Origin: a bacterium
GTDB taxonomy: Bacteria > DRYD01
Reading direction: 5' to 3'
DNA length: 64,000 bases
Assembly: GCA_039630415.1 (NCBI GenBank)
Contig: JBCNVB010000002.1
Coordinates: 1 to 64,000, forward strand
In this document: in pieces, positions 19,390-30,120 of the stretch
How the letters are laid out: each line of letters starts with the position of its first letter
Numbering within the stretch: the first letter of the stretch is position 1
Made by a program: the position numbers and the translations under genes
The notes under the pieces: generated by a model
What the model was told of the DNA's origin: nothing
What the model saw: only the letters and a program-made list of their open reading frames with translations
Database searches by the model: none

Positions 19390-21782
19390 GATATTTGATT
19401 TTTCACCTACATTTTTATCAACCTCCAAGGATCAATCCATTTGTAGGTGAGATAGAATACCAAGATAGTGCATATCCTTTTGAAAATTGGAATGAAAGAA
19501 TAACAATGGAATGTTATCTTCCTAATACTTTTGCAAGAATATTTGATTCATCCAATTATATAATTGATATCATTAATAATTTAGAGTACGTTAGCTTTAA
19601 TTTTGGACCTACTGTATTAGGTTGGATAAAGAAAAGACATTTAGAGTTGTATGAGAGGATATTGGAAGCGGATAGAAAGAGCATTAATAGGTTGGGGTTT
19701 GGAAATGCTATATGTCAGGTTTATAATCATGTAATAATGCCTCTTGTTAATGATTTTGATAAAGATATTCAAGTTTATTGGGGTATAAGAGATTTTGAGA
19801 ATAATTTTGGGAGAAAACCTTCAGGGATATGGCTTTCTGAAACTGCAGTAGACCTGAAAACACTAGAAAAATTGGCTGAAAACGGAATAAAATTTACTAT
19901 TCTCGCACCACACCAAATCAAAAGATATAGAAAAATAGGAACATCTGAGTGGATAGAAAATCATGGATCTTTACCGAATAAACCTTTTAGAATAAATCTT
20001 CCTTCAGGTAAAAGTATAGTTATTTTTGTATATAATTCTTCTTTATCACATGCTGTATCTTTTCAGGATCTACTTAGCAGTGGTGAAAAAATGGCCAAGA
20101 GTATAATATCGGAATATAGAGAAGATAATGATTTAATTGTTATAGCAACTGATGGAGAAACTTATGGGCACCATAAAAAATTTGGAGAACTTGGACTGGC
20201 TTATTGTATACACTATCTCCTCTCTAATCCATCTATTCAAATATGTAATTTCGAATATTATCTTCAAAATGTGGGAATTACATATGAGGCTGAAATAAAT
20301 GAAAATACTTCCTGGAGTTGCTATCATGGAATTGGAAGATGGAAAGAAAATTGTGGATGCAGATTTAATCCAAATTCTACTCAAAAATGGAGAAAAAGTC
20401 TAAAAATAGCTGTAGATAGTATCAGAAATACCTATGAAGCGATATATCTCCAAAATATAATTTCACTACCACAATTTTCATCATCAAACATAACAGATCC
20501 AAGAAGAGACTACATAGATTATATAATCCTTAGGGAAAATATTTCGGATGAAAGAGGAGTTAAGAGTTTAATTGAAGACTTTAAAGCAAAGTATAATCTA
20601 CCTGACGATGAAACGGCAAAAAAAGTTATAAATTCGCTCGAGATTTACAAAAATATTTTATTTGCTTATACTAGTTGTGGCTGGTTTTTTGATGATATAT
20701 CTGGTTTAGAAGCTGTCCAAAATCTTAAGCATTTATACTGGGCTTTACTAAAAATAAAAGACATTTTTAAAATTGATCTGGAACCTGTGATAAATACTAT
20801 TCTTAAGGAAGCACAATCAAACCACTATAGAGATGGTTTAGAAGTTTTTCATAAATTAGTGAAAGAGAAATGCCCAGACACTGAAAAAATAGTTGCTTCA
20901 TATGTATTTGATAAGGTTTTTGAGTTGAATGTGCCTGATTGTTATCTAAATCGCATATGGAATATACAAGAGATAGCAAACTATAATACAGACAATCAGA
21001 TAATACGTTATGGAAAGGTTAGATGTGTTAATCTCGATGATTTTTCAGAATTTTGCAGTAACTATGTGTTTGTGTATTCTGGTAAGCTGGATCCATACAT
21101 TGGATTAACTAAATCTGATCTTTCGAAAAGTATCGAAAATCTTGCTGTTTCTGGTAAAATATCTCAAATCCACGATCTAATTGACTCATCGTGCAATAGT
21201 AAATATTCGATAAATCACATTTTTATTAACTGCAGAAGAAGAATAATTAGAAAATTGATTCAGAATAATGTTTCTGAAATAGATTCCAAAATCGATCAAA
21301 TATTCTCTGAGCAAAAAAATATTATTCGATCTTTAATTGAAGCCAACTACTATCCCATACCATTAGAGATGAAACTGGTAACTCTTTTGATTTTAGACAA
21401 TCAAATTGAAAAGGCAATAGAAAATTATGATGAAACCTACGATTATGATGAAATATTTTACTTTGTAAAGAACAAATCTATACTGGGGTTAGAACTTGAT
21501 GAGGAAAAAATAAAAAGAAAATTTGAGTTAAAACTTAAGCAAATGTTAATAGAATTAAAGCAAGATTTGTTTAAAGGACAAAGTGTTAACCAATTGAGAT
21601 TAAATCAAAAACTGGATAGAGTAATTAAATTCATTGATTTTGGTAATGAGTTGGAACTAAAATATAATCTGTGGGAATCACAGAATATTATGTTTGAGAT
21701 ATGTAAAATAAACGGTATAGATAGTAAAATTCTATGTTTAGCTAACAGATTAAAGATAAGATTTGCAAAAAATCCGGTATAA
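19386..21782 (+). CDS. Glycoside hydrolase family 57 / DUF3536 protein
   Basis: HFYQPPR.NP, WLSETAV, ATDGETYGHH, SWSC.HG..RW, YTSCGWFFDDISG. Confidence 0.9.
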   Translation: MRYLIFHLHFYQPPRINPFVGEIEYQDSAYPFENWNERITMECYLPNTFARIFDSSNYIIDIINNLEYVSFNFGPTVLGWIKKRHLELYERILEADRKSINRLGFGNAICQVYNHVIMPLVNDFDKDIQVYWGIRDFENNFGRKPSGIWLSETAVDLKTLEKLAENGIKFTILAPHQIKRYRKIGTSEWIENHGSLPNKPFRINLPSGKSIVIFVYNSSLSHAVSFQDLLSSGEKMAKSIISEYREDNDLIVIATDGETYGHHKKFGELGLAYCIHYLLSNPSIQICNFEYYLQNVGITYEAEINENTSWSCYHGIGRWKENCGCRFNPNSTQKWRKSLKIAVDSIRNTYEAIYLQNIISLPQFSSSNITDPRRDYIDYIILRENISDERGVKSLIEDFKAKYNLPDDETAKKVINSLEIYKNILFAYTSCGWFFDDISGLEAVQNLKHLYWALLKIKDIFKIDLEPVINTILKEAQSNHYRDGLEVFHKLVKEKCPDTEKIVASYVFDKVFELNVPDCYLNRIWNIQEIANYNTDNQIIRYGKVRCVNLDDFSEFCSNYVFVYSGKLDPYIGLTKSDLSKSIENLAVSGKISQIHDLIDSSCNSKYSINHIFINCRRRIIRKLIQNNVSEIDSKIDQIFSEQKNIIRSLIEANYYPIPLEMKLVTLLILDNQIEKAIENYDETYDYDEIFYFVKNKSILGLELDEEKIKRKFELKLKQMLIELKQDLFKGQSVNQLRLNQKLDRVIKFIDFGNELELKYNLWESQNIMFEICKINGIDSKILCLANRLKIRFAKNPV

Positions 21783-21795
21783 AGGAGGTTGGATT

Positions 21796-24555
21796 ATGGA
21801 TTTAGGTATACCAACAATAATAATAGGTTTAGGTGGTACAGGATTAAAAACAGTAGTTAGTCTTAAAAATAAACTAGCCAATTTTAGGGGAGTGCTGGTA
21901 AAGTTCATTTGTATAGATTCAGATAAGAATGAGGTTTTGGTAAAAAAACTCGACCCTGATGAGTATATAAATATTGGTGTACCTGGGGTATCTGCTATAG
22001 TTAGTAATCTAAAGTTAGAAGCTGCAGAGTATATAAGACCATGGTTTCCTTCGAATTTAAATTTTAAGATTGTATCTGGGGATGAGGGTGCTAAGCAATT
22101 CAGACCGATGGGAAGATTGTATTTGTTTAAGAATGTAGATAAAGTTTTCAACGCTTTGGATATGGCTACTAAGCAATTAAGAGCAAAGTTTGCTGAAGCT
22201 TCTAGTCCTTCCAAGACCATTAATGTATACATTATTTCCTCTGTTTGTGGTGGCACGGGTAGTGGAATGCTTTTAGATATAGCCTACATAGTTAGGGAAG
22301 TGGTAGAAGTGGAAAATGCATGTTCTGCGTTAATTAAAGGTGTACTATTTCTTCCTACAGCTTTTAGTCCTTTTCCGATATCTGACGTAGCTGAAAGGAA
22401 TCATATATATGCTAACGGATATGCAACGCTTAAAGAAATAGATTATTTCATGAGTCCTAATAAAGAAACAGAATTCGTAGCTAATTATAGTCACACAAGA
22501 TCTATTCGAAACAAAAAACCACCATTTGACGTATGCTATCTTATAGATGATGAAAACGAAGAATTTCCAATAGGTAGTTTGGAAGATACTATTGATGCTG
22601 TTAGTGAATCTCTCATTATACTTCTAAGCTCAGGACTGGGAACAAGTATTAAATCAGCCGAAGACAATCTATTTACTGTACTAAGTGGAATACAAAATAT
22701 GCAACCCTATTCTGATAAAAATTACATGTATAGTTCATTTGGAACTTCAAGCATAATTTACCCCTATGAACAAGTTAAAAGATACGTTTCAGGAAATCTA
22801 GTAAAATTTATGTTTGACTCTCTTAATCAGGAAGTAAAATATTCTCAAGTAGTTGAGATGATGAAGTATCTAAAGATAGATGAAACAGAATCAGATGATT
22901 TACTCGAATCGCTATATAACTATAGACCAACTATTTACACCGAAATAGTAGATCAAATACTACAAGTAAGTAATAAAAATCTCCAATCTTTTTTGAAGGG
23001 TAAATTACATGTGGATTATGAAAATATGGTGCAAGAAATCAAAAGTAAAATTGATCAAACTATGGATAGTTTGATTAGTTCAAAATTTGAGGAGTTAAAA
23101 AATCTCATTCAAGAGTATATAAAGAGTACTTCAAGAGGATTTTTCTGGACATACAATCTTCTAACTGATATGGATAAAGGATTTTTTGGCTACATAGAAA
23201 AAGTTAAAGAAATTCTAAGAAAGGAAATAGAACAACATAATTTAACCATATCTAAACTCAAATCAAGAGTTGACACTCTTCAAGAGGCCATAATCGAAAA
23301 AAGTAACAATATCATTTTCAGAATATTAAACAGGAAGGATAGAAAGCTTATTTTTGATTATGCCAGAAGTCTATATGAATTGTACAATAACATTGTTCAA
23401 AAAACTCTAAAAGAATATGCCATAACTTTCTACACTAAACTATCAATTTTAGTCCAAAGATACGTAGATGATGAAATCTCTAGAATATATAGTGTTTGGG
23501 AAAGATTCTATAAAGACTATGTTTCGAAATACTTATCCATATCCTTCAGTAGTAGGCTTACTAGCTGGGGAAATAGAATAAACTTTTATGTAGCAAGCAA
23601 AGAAGTTATCGATAAAAATATAAAAATGATAATTGAAAACGAAAAAACTAAAATTATATCCCAACTCTACAGAATATTTGATAACTTCATAGGTATGAAG
23701 TATGAAAAAATTGCTACTTACGATAACAATCTACTAGATTTTATCGAGCAAAATTATCGGGATTACTTATATGTCGACATAGAGGATCAAGTTATAAGAG
23801 AGTTTGGATCAGAAGATGTGGTCATAAATAGATTAACAATTTCATCAAGTGTTCTGTATAGATATAGGCCACAGTTATTTAATGAATCTTATGTCAAGTA
23901 CTATAAGGTTTTGGGAGTTAAGAATGTAAACAATAGCAAGTTTTTCAACATATCCAAGGTGCAGAATATAGAAGTTATTGAAAATTATAATCCTTTTAGA
24001 ATATCTATGCTTCAAGTTAAGCATGGATTACCTTTATATGCTTTTGTTATGATTGAGCCTATGGAGAATGCCTATTTAGAACTTATTGCTTCTGATCCAG
24101 GATTACACATAGACCCACATTTCCAAAAATTTGACAACCTTACGATAGATTATGAACTATCTACCAAAGATTACGAAAAATATCTCTACATTTACCTTGC
24201 TCTAAACTTGGGATTAGTTTACCAAGAAGGTATTAGCTTCATCATTAATATAAACGAAAACAAAATGGAGTTAGGAAATAGCAGAAATGAGGTAATTGAT
24301 AGTCTATACAATAAACTCAAAGACGAAAGTTTAATGCATACAATAGCAGAACTTGTCAACCAAACCATATCTAACAAAGGTTTTGAAAATGTTCAAAACA
24401 CTATAAAAGAACATCTCCAAAAAATTAAAAATAGAATTAATTACCTTAACAACAAGAAAAATGTTACCAAAGATGAAATGACAGAGAAAGATTATTTGGA
24501 ACAAGAATATAAAGTTTTAAAGAAATTCATAGAAACTACAAGCTTAGCAGTATAG
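21796..24555 (+). CDS. Tubulin-like domain protein (Tubulin_2 type) with long helical/coiled-coil C-terminus
   Basis: IIIGLGGTG, IDSD, GAKQFRPMGRL, SSVCGGTGSGMLLDIAY, ANGYATLKEID, PPFDVCYLI; SD AAGGAGG before ATG 21796. Confidence 0.88.
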   Translation: MDLGIPTIIIGLGGTGLKTVVSLKNKLANFRGVLVKFICIDSDKNEVLVKKLDPDEYINIGVPGVSAIVSNLKLEAAEYIRPWFPSNLNFKIVSGDEGAKQFRPMGRLYLFKNVDKVFNALDMATKQLRAKFAEASSPSKTINVYIISSVCGGTGSGMLLDIAYIVREVVEVENACSALIKGVLFLPTAFSPFPISDVAERNHIYANGYATLKEIDYFMSPNKETEFVANYSHTRSIRNKKPPFDVCYLIDDENEEFPIGSLEDTIDAVSESLIILLSSGLGTSIKSAEDNLFTVLSGIQNMQPYSDKNYMYSSFGTSSIIYPYEQVKRYVSGNLVKFMFDSLNQEVKYSQVVEMMKYLKIDETESDDLLESLYNYRPTIYTEIVDQILQVSNKNLQSFLKGKLHVDYENMVQEIKSKIDQTMDSLISSKFEELKNLIQEYIKSTSRGFFWTYNLLTDMDKGFFGYIEKVKEILRKEIEQHNLTISKLKSRVDTLQEAIIEKSNNIIFRILNRKDRKLIFDYARSLYELYNNIVQKTLKEYAITFYTKLSILVQRYVDDEISRIYSVWERFYKDYVSKYLSISFSSRLTSWGNRINFYVASKEVIDKNIKMIIENEKTKIISQLYRIFDNFIGMKYEKIATYDNNLLDFIEQNYRDYLYVDIEDQVIREFGSEDVVINRLTISSSVLYRYRPQLFNESYVKYYKVLGVKNVNNSKFFNISKVQNIEVIENYNPFRISMLQVKHGLPLYAFVMIEPMENAYLELIASDPGLHIDPHFQKFDNLTIDYELSTKDYEKYLYIYLALNLGLVYQEGISFIININENKMELGNSRNEVIDSLYNKLKDESLMHTIAELVNQTISNKGFENVQNTIKEHLQKIKNRINYLNNKKNVTKDEMTEKDYLEQEYKVLKKFIETTSLAV

Positions 24556-24587
24556 AATTTTTGGTAACATAGAAAGGGGTGTTATAA

Positions 24588-25058
24588 TTGAAACTACTTG
24601 AAACCAAGTCATATAACAATGGAATAATGAAATCCTATACTGAATATTGGGTTTTCAACACTAGAAAGAGAAGAGAGTATATCCACATAACTAGTAAAGT
24701 ACAAGAAGCTGTAACCAAATCCGGGATAAAAGAAGGATTTGTGCTTGTATCCGCTATGCATATAACTGCATCCGTTTTTGTTAATGATAATGAAGAAGGT
24801 TTTTTGTATGATTTAGATAAGTTCCTAGAAAGATTAGCACCCTATGGAAAGCACCCAGACGGAGAAGAATACAGACACCATAACACAGGAGAAGATAACT
24901 GCGATGCTCATCTAAAAAATATACTGGTACATCACCAAGTGATTATACCCGTTACAGAAGGTAAACTAGATTTGGGACCTTGGCAAAGAATATTTTATGG
25001 AGAATTTGACGGACAAAGAAATAAGAGACTAATTATCAAAGTTATCGGATTTAGCTAG
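24588..25058 (+). CDS. yjbQ: YjbQ/UPF0047 family protein
   Basis: [38 protein letters not shown]. Confidence 0.93.
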   Translation: MKLLETKSYNNGIMKSYTEYWVFNTRKRREYIHITSKVQEAVTKSGIKEGFVLVSAMHITASVFVNDNEEGFLYDLDKFLERLAPYGKHPDGEEYRHHNTGEDNCDAHLKNILVHHQVIIPVTEGKLDLGPWQRIFYGEFDGQRNKRLIIKVIGFS

Positions 25059-26215
25059 TGGAGGGAAAACACATGGTTTACATCGTTGACTATTCTTTTA
25101 CAGTATTCGGTAAGATAAACGGTATATGGGCTGATCATAGAGCTTCTGACTTGGCTTCCTTAGTGATAAAGGATATAACCTCGAGATTCAACTACCCCGT
25201 GGATTTAGTTATTTTAGGTAATGTTATAGGTGCTGGATGCGGACAAAACTTAGCAAGGCAAGCATTATTTAAAGCAGGACTTAATATCAATACACCTGCT
25301 TTTGTCGTGAATCAAGTATGCATATCTCCCATTAAAGCTATACATACGGCTTTCGTTAACATACTTTCTGGGGAGTACGATGTGGTAATAGCTGGTGGAG
25401 TAGAAAGCATGACTAATGCTCCTTTCTTAGCAAGGGTCAGAATGGGGAATAAATACGGTGATATGAGTCTGGAAGACTCTATAAATACCGATGGTCTACG
25501 ATGTGGAATATCTAACAAACTTATGATAGAAATAGCTGAACAAATTGCTAAAAAGTATCAGATAACTAGGGAAGAGCAAGATAAACTGGCCTATGAAAGT
25601 CATAAAAGAGCATTAAACTTTTGGAACCTCCTTTCAAAAAAAATTAACTTCATAAAATCTACAAAAAAAGAGATTGATGAGAATATAAGGGAGGATATAA
25701 GTATAGATAAGTTATCTTCGTTAAGGGTAGTGTTAAAAGGAGAGAGTAGTAGCATAACTGCTGGAAATGCATCGTCTCTAGCTGATGGTGCAGCAGCTGT
25801 TTTATTGGTATCCGAAAAAGCTCTTAAAAAATATAACCTTAAGCCATTAGCACAAATAAGAGGATTTGCAGAAAGCTTTGATTTACCAGAAAACTTCCCA
25901 ATAGTACCCTCTATTTCTACTAATTCTCTTTTAAAAAAGCTAAACATATCCAAACAGGAGATAGACTTGTGGGAGATAAATGAAGCATTTGCATGTGTTC
26001 TAGCTGCAAACATGAAAATACTCGAAATAGATTACGAAAGAACAAATATATTTGGTGGAGCGGTAGCTTTTGGGCATCCAATCGGTGCTACAGGAGCAAG
26101 ATTAGTAATCAACTCAATTCTAGCTCTAAAACATACAAATTTCTCCAAGGCAGTTATTACGGTCTGTGCAGGTACTGGTGGAGGATACTCTCTACTACTT
26201 GAAAATATCAGCTAA
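25058..26215 (+). CDS. Thiolase (acetyl-CoA C-acyltransferase)
   Basis: VNQVC, AGGVESMT, TAGNAS.LADGAA, NEAF, GHPIGATG, CAGTGGG. Confidence 0.92.
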   Translation: MEGKHMVYIVDYSFTVFGKINGIWADHRASDLASLVIKDITSRFNYPVDLVILGNVIGAGCGQNLARQALFKAGLNINTPAFVVNQVCISPIKAIHTAFVNILSGEYDVVIAGGVESMTNAPFLARVRMGNKYGDMSLEDSINTDGLRCGISNKLMIEIAEQIAKKYQITREEQDKLAYESHKRALNFWNLLSKKINFIKSTKKEIDENIREDISIDKLSSLRVVLKGESSSITAGNASSLADGAAAVLLVSEKALKKYNLKPLAQIRGFAESFDLPENFPIVPSISTNSLLKKLNISKQEIDLWEINEAFACVLAANMKILEIDYERTNIFGGAVAFGHPIGATGARLVINSILALKHTNFSKAVITVCAGTGGGYSLLLENIS

Positions 26216-26279
26216 AAAGCCAGAACTGAAAAACAAGTAATCCAAAGGAATAAAAGCAATAGAATAGAATTGTATAGTT

Positions 26280-27214
26280 GTGAAAGTTTATACCAAGTTT
26301 GTCAATGTAATAGAAAGCATAAAAAATTACTTTTTCACTGATGAGTTGGTATTGTATTTGATATTTGCTTGTTTCTTATCTAGGGGACATATTTTGATAG
26401 AAGATGTTCCTGGTGTAGGAAAAACAACTCTAGCAAAGTTAATAGCTTCTTGTATGGATTTGAAGTTTAAAAGAATTCAGGGAACACCTGATTTGTTACC
26501 AACGGATATAACAGGTTTAAGTGTATACAATCCAAAACTATGGAGTTTGATTTCAAACCAGGTCCCGTATTTACTAACATACTCCTAATAGATGAAATAA
26601 ACCGAATACCTCCTAAATCTCAAAGTGCGCTACTAGAAGTTATGGAAGAAAGACAATCTACCATAGATGGAAAAACATACGTCCTTCCTAACCCTTTCTT
26701 TGTTATAGCTACGGAAAATCCCATAGAGATGGCAGGTTCTTACCCTTTAGTAGAAGCTCAACTGGACAGATTCCTAATGAAAATATCCCTTGGATATCCC
26801 TCAAGAGAGGGATTACTAAAAATAATGAATTTTTATGTCTGGAAAAACATAGAGTATAAGTCTGAACATAGGTTAAATCTGGATGATATTGCTCTTGCTT
26901 TTGAAGAAGTAAAAAGAACTTACATAAGTGACAAAGTAAAGGAATACTGTATAGACATATTTGAATACATTCATAACGACGGTAAAGTATATTTACCCCC
27001 TAGCCCAAGAGCTTTACTTCATGTACTAAGAACTGCATCTTCAATAGCTTACCTAAAGGAAAGAGAGTATGTAATACCTGATGACATAAAAATGGTTGTT
27101 CCATATGTGCTTGCTCATCGAATTATTCTTAAAACCTCATCGGATTTTAGGGATAATTATAAATACGTTAAAGAGGTGTTAGATCAAGTTAAAGTACCAA
27201 AGGAGGTCGCATAA
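26280..27214 (+). pseudogene. moxR: MoxR AAA+ ATPase split by a one-base deletion in the A-run 26534-26537 (real lesion or assembly error)
   Basis: ORF 26280..26588 has EDVPGVGKT and RIQGTPDLLPTDITG; ORF 26540..27214 has PGPVF..ILLIDEINR and PLVEAQLDRF. Adding one A gives YNPKTMEFDFKPGP. Confidence 0.85.
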
Positions 27215-27216
27215 TT

Positions 27217-28287
27217 ATGGATACATCTATGATAACAATAGATCATCTTTTAAGAATAGCTGTAGAGAGAAATGCCAGTGACCTTCATATAACCTCTGGT
27301 TTACCACCTATGTTGAGAATAGATGGTAGACTAGTGCCAACGGAATTTGGTCGTCTTAAACCCGAAGATACCAGAAGACTTATATACGCAATATTGAATG
27401 ATAAGCAAAGAGAAAAATTTGAAAGGGAACTAGAGCTGGATACTTCTTACGGTATACCCGGTTATGGAAGATTCAGATTAAACGTCTACAAACAAAGAGG
27501 TGCTGTAGCAGCTGCATTTAGAACCATACCTAACGTAATAAAAAGTCCAGAAGAACTAGGATTACCTTCAATAGTTTATGACTTAGCTAACAAAAGAAGT
27601 GGATTAATTCTAGTTACAGGACCTACTGGCGTAGGAAAATCTACAACTCTTGCAGCGATAGTTGATATAATCAATTCCACTAGAACTGATCACATCCTGA
27701 CTATAGAAGATCCTATAGAGTATATTCACACTCACAAGAAGTCTATGATAAACCAGAGGGAGTTGGGAGTAGATACTTATTCATTTGCCGCAGCGCTAAA
27801 GTCTGCTTTAAGAGAAGATCCAGACGTTATATTAGTTGGTGAGATGAGGGATTTAGAAACTATATCAGGTGTTTTAACAGCTGCTGAAACAGGACACTTG
27901 ATACTATCAACTCTTCACACTACCGACGCTCCCCAAACAATAGATAGAATTATAGACGTATTTCCTCCTCATCAACAACAACAAGTTAGAATACAATTGG
28001 CTTCAGTTTTAGAAGCTATTATTTGCCAACAATTGATTCCTGCAGCTTCAGGACAGGGTAGACACTTAGCATGTGAAATACTAGTAGGAACAGCTGCAGT
28101 GAAAAATATAATAAGAGAAGGAAAAGTACATCAACTAAAAGCTATAATGCAAACTTCTAGACAATACGGAATGCAAACAATGGATCAGGCTATATACGAA
28201 CTATATAAGGAAGGGAAGATAAGTTCGGATGAAGCTGTATCAAGGAGTTCTAACCCACAAGAAATGAAAGCAAGAATAGGCTCATGA
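27217..28287 (+). CDS. pilT: Type IV pilus retraction ATPase
   Basis: ASDLHI, GPTGVGKSTT, TIEDPIE, LREDPDVILVGEMRD, AETGHL..STLHT, IREGK, GMQTMDQ. Confidence 0.95.
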   Translation: MDTSMITIDHLLRIAVERNASDLHITSGLPPMLRIDGRLVPTEFGRLKPEDTRRLIYAILNDKQREKFERELELDTSYGIPGYGRFRLNVYKQRGAVAAAFRTIPNVIKSPEELGLPSIVYDLANKRSGLILVTGPTGVGKSTTLAAIVDIINSTRTDHILTIEDPIEYIHTHKKSMINQRELGVDTYSFAAALKSALREDPDVILVGEMRDLETISGVLTAAETGHLILSTLHTTDAPQTIDRIIDVFPPHQQQQVRIQLASVLEAIICQQLIPAASGQGRHLACEILVGTAAVKNIIREGKVHQLKAIMQTSRQYGMQTMDQAIYELYKEGKISSDEAVSRSSNPQEMKARIGS

Positions 28288-29489
28288 AATTCATCCATGT
28301 AGCTGATTTACATTTAGGCAAAAAAATAAAAACTATACGTGGTGATTTACAGCTAGAATTTGACAAAGCTATAGAGCAGTTAATACAAATAGTAAGGGAA
28401 ATAAAACCAACATTCCTATTCATAGCAGGTGATATATTCCACTACAAAAACCCTTCCCAAGAAGCTGAAGAATTGTTCATAAAACTATTACTAGACTCAT
28501 ACAAAAATGTAAAGTATACCATAATAATCTCGGGTAATCATGATAATTCCAAAAAACTTCAAAATATATCTCTTTTTAACAGGTATATTAACCAATTAGT
28601 ATCCACTGGTAAAATTTTCATCTATACTGATGTAGATCTATTGAATGATATAGCTAATGATAAAATATCTCCTTTACAAGAGATAGAAGAAGCAGATATA
28701 ATCCCGCTTCCATTCATTGAGTATAGGAATGCTGTACAAGTTGCCTTAAAATCAAAAGAAATTCCAGAAGAATATGCTTACTCTTATATTCACTCTAGGC
28801 TAATATATGAATTTTTGAAGAAATCCAACAAGGATATAAAGATATTAGTAGGGCATATGTTTGTTGATCAAGCTTCTATATGTGGTACAGAATCAAGGAA
28901 TTTTATAAGTCCTAGCTATACTGTAAAATTAGGTGATCTTCCAGACAGTATAACCTATTATGCCCTTGGTCATGTTCACAGATATCAAAAAGTAAGTGGT
29001 AAGAATATATACTACGCCGGATCAATTATTCCTTTAGATTTTTCTGAAACTTTTGAACATGGCATAATAATTGGAGAAATCGTAGACAAATTTCCCAAAA
29101 TACAGTTTCATAGGATAAATTACAGAGAGTTTAAGATTCTTAAAATTTCTAACCTTTATCCGGAACAAATGTTCGATGAGATTGAAAAAAATAAGGATAG
29201 GTATATAAAAATCTTATATACTGAAATGCAACCTGATGTTAGAGAAAAAATAATGAAGTTTGAAAACGTTTTGAAAATAGAAAAGGAACAACTTAAAGTT
29301 GTAGGAGATAGTATAGCTGCGAAAAGAAATAATGACCATCAAAATCAAAGATCTTTCGAATATATAGATCTTTACAATGTAGTTGGTATATATAGTCTAT
29401 ATTACTCTAAGCTAAAGGGGATTAATTGCAGCTCAATTATTTTGGAAAAATTAGATCATATCTTAAAAGAATCAGAAAATTTAATATAG
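28284..29489 (+). CDS. sbcD: SbcD/Mre11 family nuclease
   Basis: HVADLHLG, AGDIF, SGNHD, ALGHVH, YAGS..PLDFSE. Confidence 0.88.
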   Translation: MKFIHVADLHLGKKIKTIRGDLQLEFDKAIEQLIQIVREIKPTFLFIAGDIFHYKNPSQEAEELFIKLLLDSYKNVKYTIIISGNHDNSKKLQNISLFNRYINQLVSTGKIFIYTDVDLLNDIANDKISPLQEIEEADIIPLPFIEYRNAVQVALKSKEIPEEYAYSYIHSRLIYEFLKKSNKDIKILVGHMFVDQASICGTESRNFISPSYTVKLGDLPDSITYYALGHVHRYQKVSGKNIYYAGSIIPLDFSETFEHGIIIGEIVDKFPKIQFHRINYREFKILKISNLYPEQMFDEIEKNKDRYIKILYTEMQPDVREKIMKFENVLKIEKEQLKVVGDSIAAKRNNDHQNQRSFEYIDLYNVVGIYSLYYSKLKGINCSSIILEKLDHILKESENLI

Positions 29490-29502
29490 TTTGATTATAT
29501 GT

Positions 29503-29543
29503 ATATTGTGAAGGAGGGCTTTCAAAAGCCCCCTTCACAATAT
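29503..29543. terminator. Probable bidirectional terminator hairpin between convergent sbcD and pilin
   Basis: ATATTGTGAAGG-A-GGGCTTT / AAAGCCC-CCTTCACAATAT inverted repeat. Confidence 0.8.
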
Positions 29544-29557
29544 TTTAGCTATTGTTA

Positions 29558-30046
29558 TTACTGAGTATCATCTCTATATTGTCCTTCTGAAGTTAATACT
29601 GGTCCACCCAATCTGTTTCCTATTCTATGTCTTACGGTTATGTTTGTTCCGCTGTTGGGAGCTGCTGGACAGTATATCGCATATAAAACACCACCAGTTG
29701 GTATGTTTATGCGGTAATCAGTGCTTCTTGCTGTTGGGCATCTTATAATTTTACCAACATATTGAGATCTGAAAGCAGTTGCCCCTGCAGGGGTGTTAGT
29801 ATTGTTACTAGGATCACCTGCATTTTGGATAGTTCCTCCTCCTGTTCCACCTGGATACATTCCGTCATAGTCATTTGAGTACATTTCCATACAGGTTGAG
29901 AAAGTTTTTAGATTAGATTTGCAGGCTGTGTATCTGGAAGCTTCTCTAGCTCTCATAAAGTTGGGTACTAGTACTGCTGCTAAGATAGCTATTATTGCTA
30001 TTACAATCATCAGTTCTATTAACGTAAAACCTTTTCTCTTTCTCAT
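29558..30046 (-). CDS. Type IV prepilin (probable major pilin)
   Basis: MRKRKG/FTLIELMIVIAIIAIL cleavage motif; SD AAGGAGGT; four Cys. Confidence 0.92.
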   Translation of the reverse strand: MRKRKGFTLIELMIVIAIIAILAAVLVPNFMRAREASRYTACKSNLKTFSTCMEMYSNDYDGMYPGGTGGGTIQNAGDPSNNTNTPAGATAFRSQYVGKIIRCPTARSTDYRINIPTGGVLYAIYCPAAPNSGTNITVRHRIGNRLGGPVLTSEGQYRDDTQ

Positions 30047-30120
30047 TTTCTATCCACCTCCTTTTCAATTAGTAAGTGTACATTTTTTTTAGTTGTGTTA
30101 CCTTTGATAATTGATATATA

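Noticed and set aside
21796..24555. Calling this gene ftsZ
   Set aside because: 919 aa, no recognisable FtsZ NxDxxD T7 motif or C-terminal peptide, not in a dcw cluster
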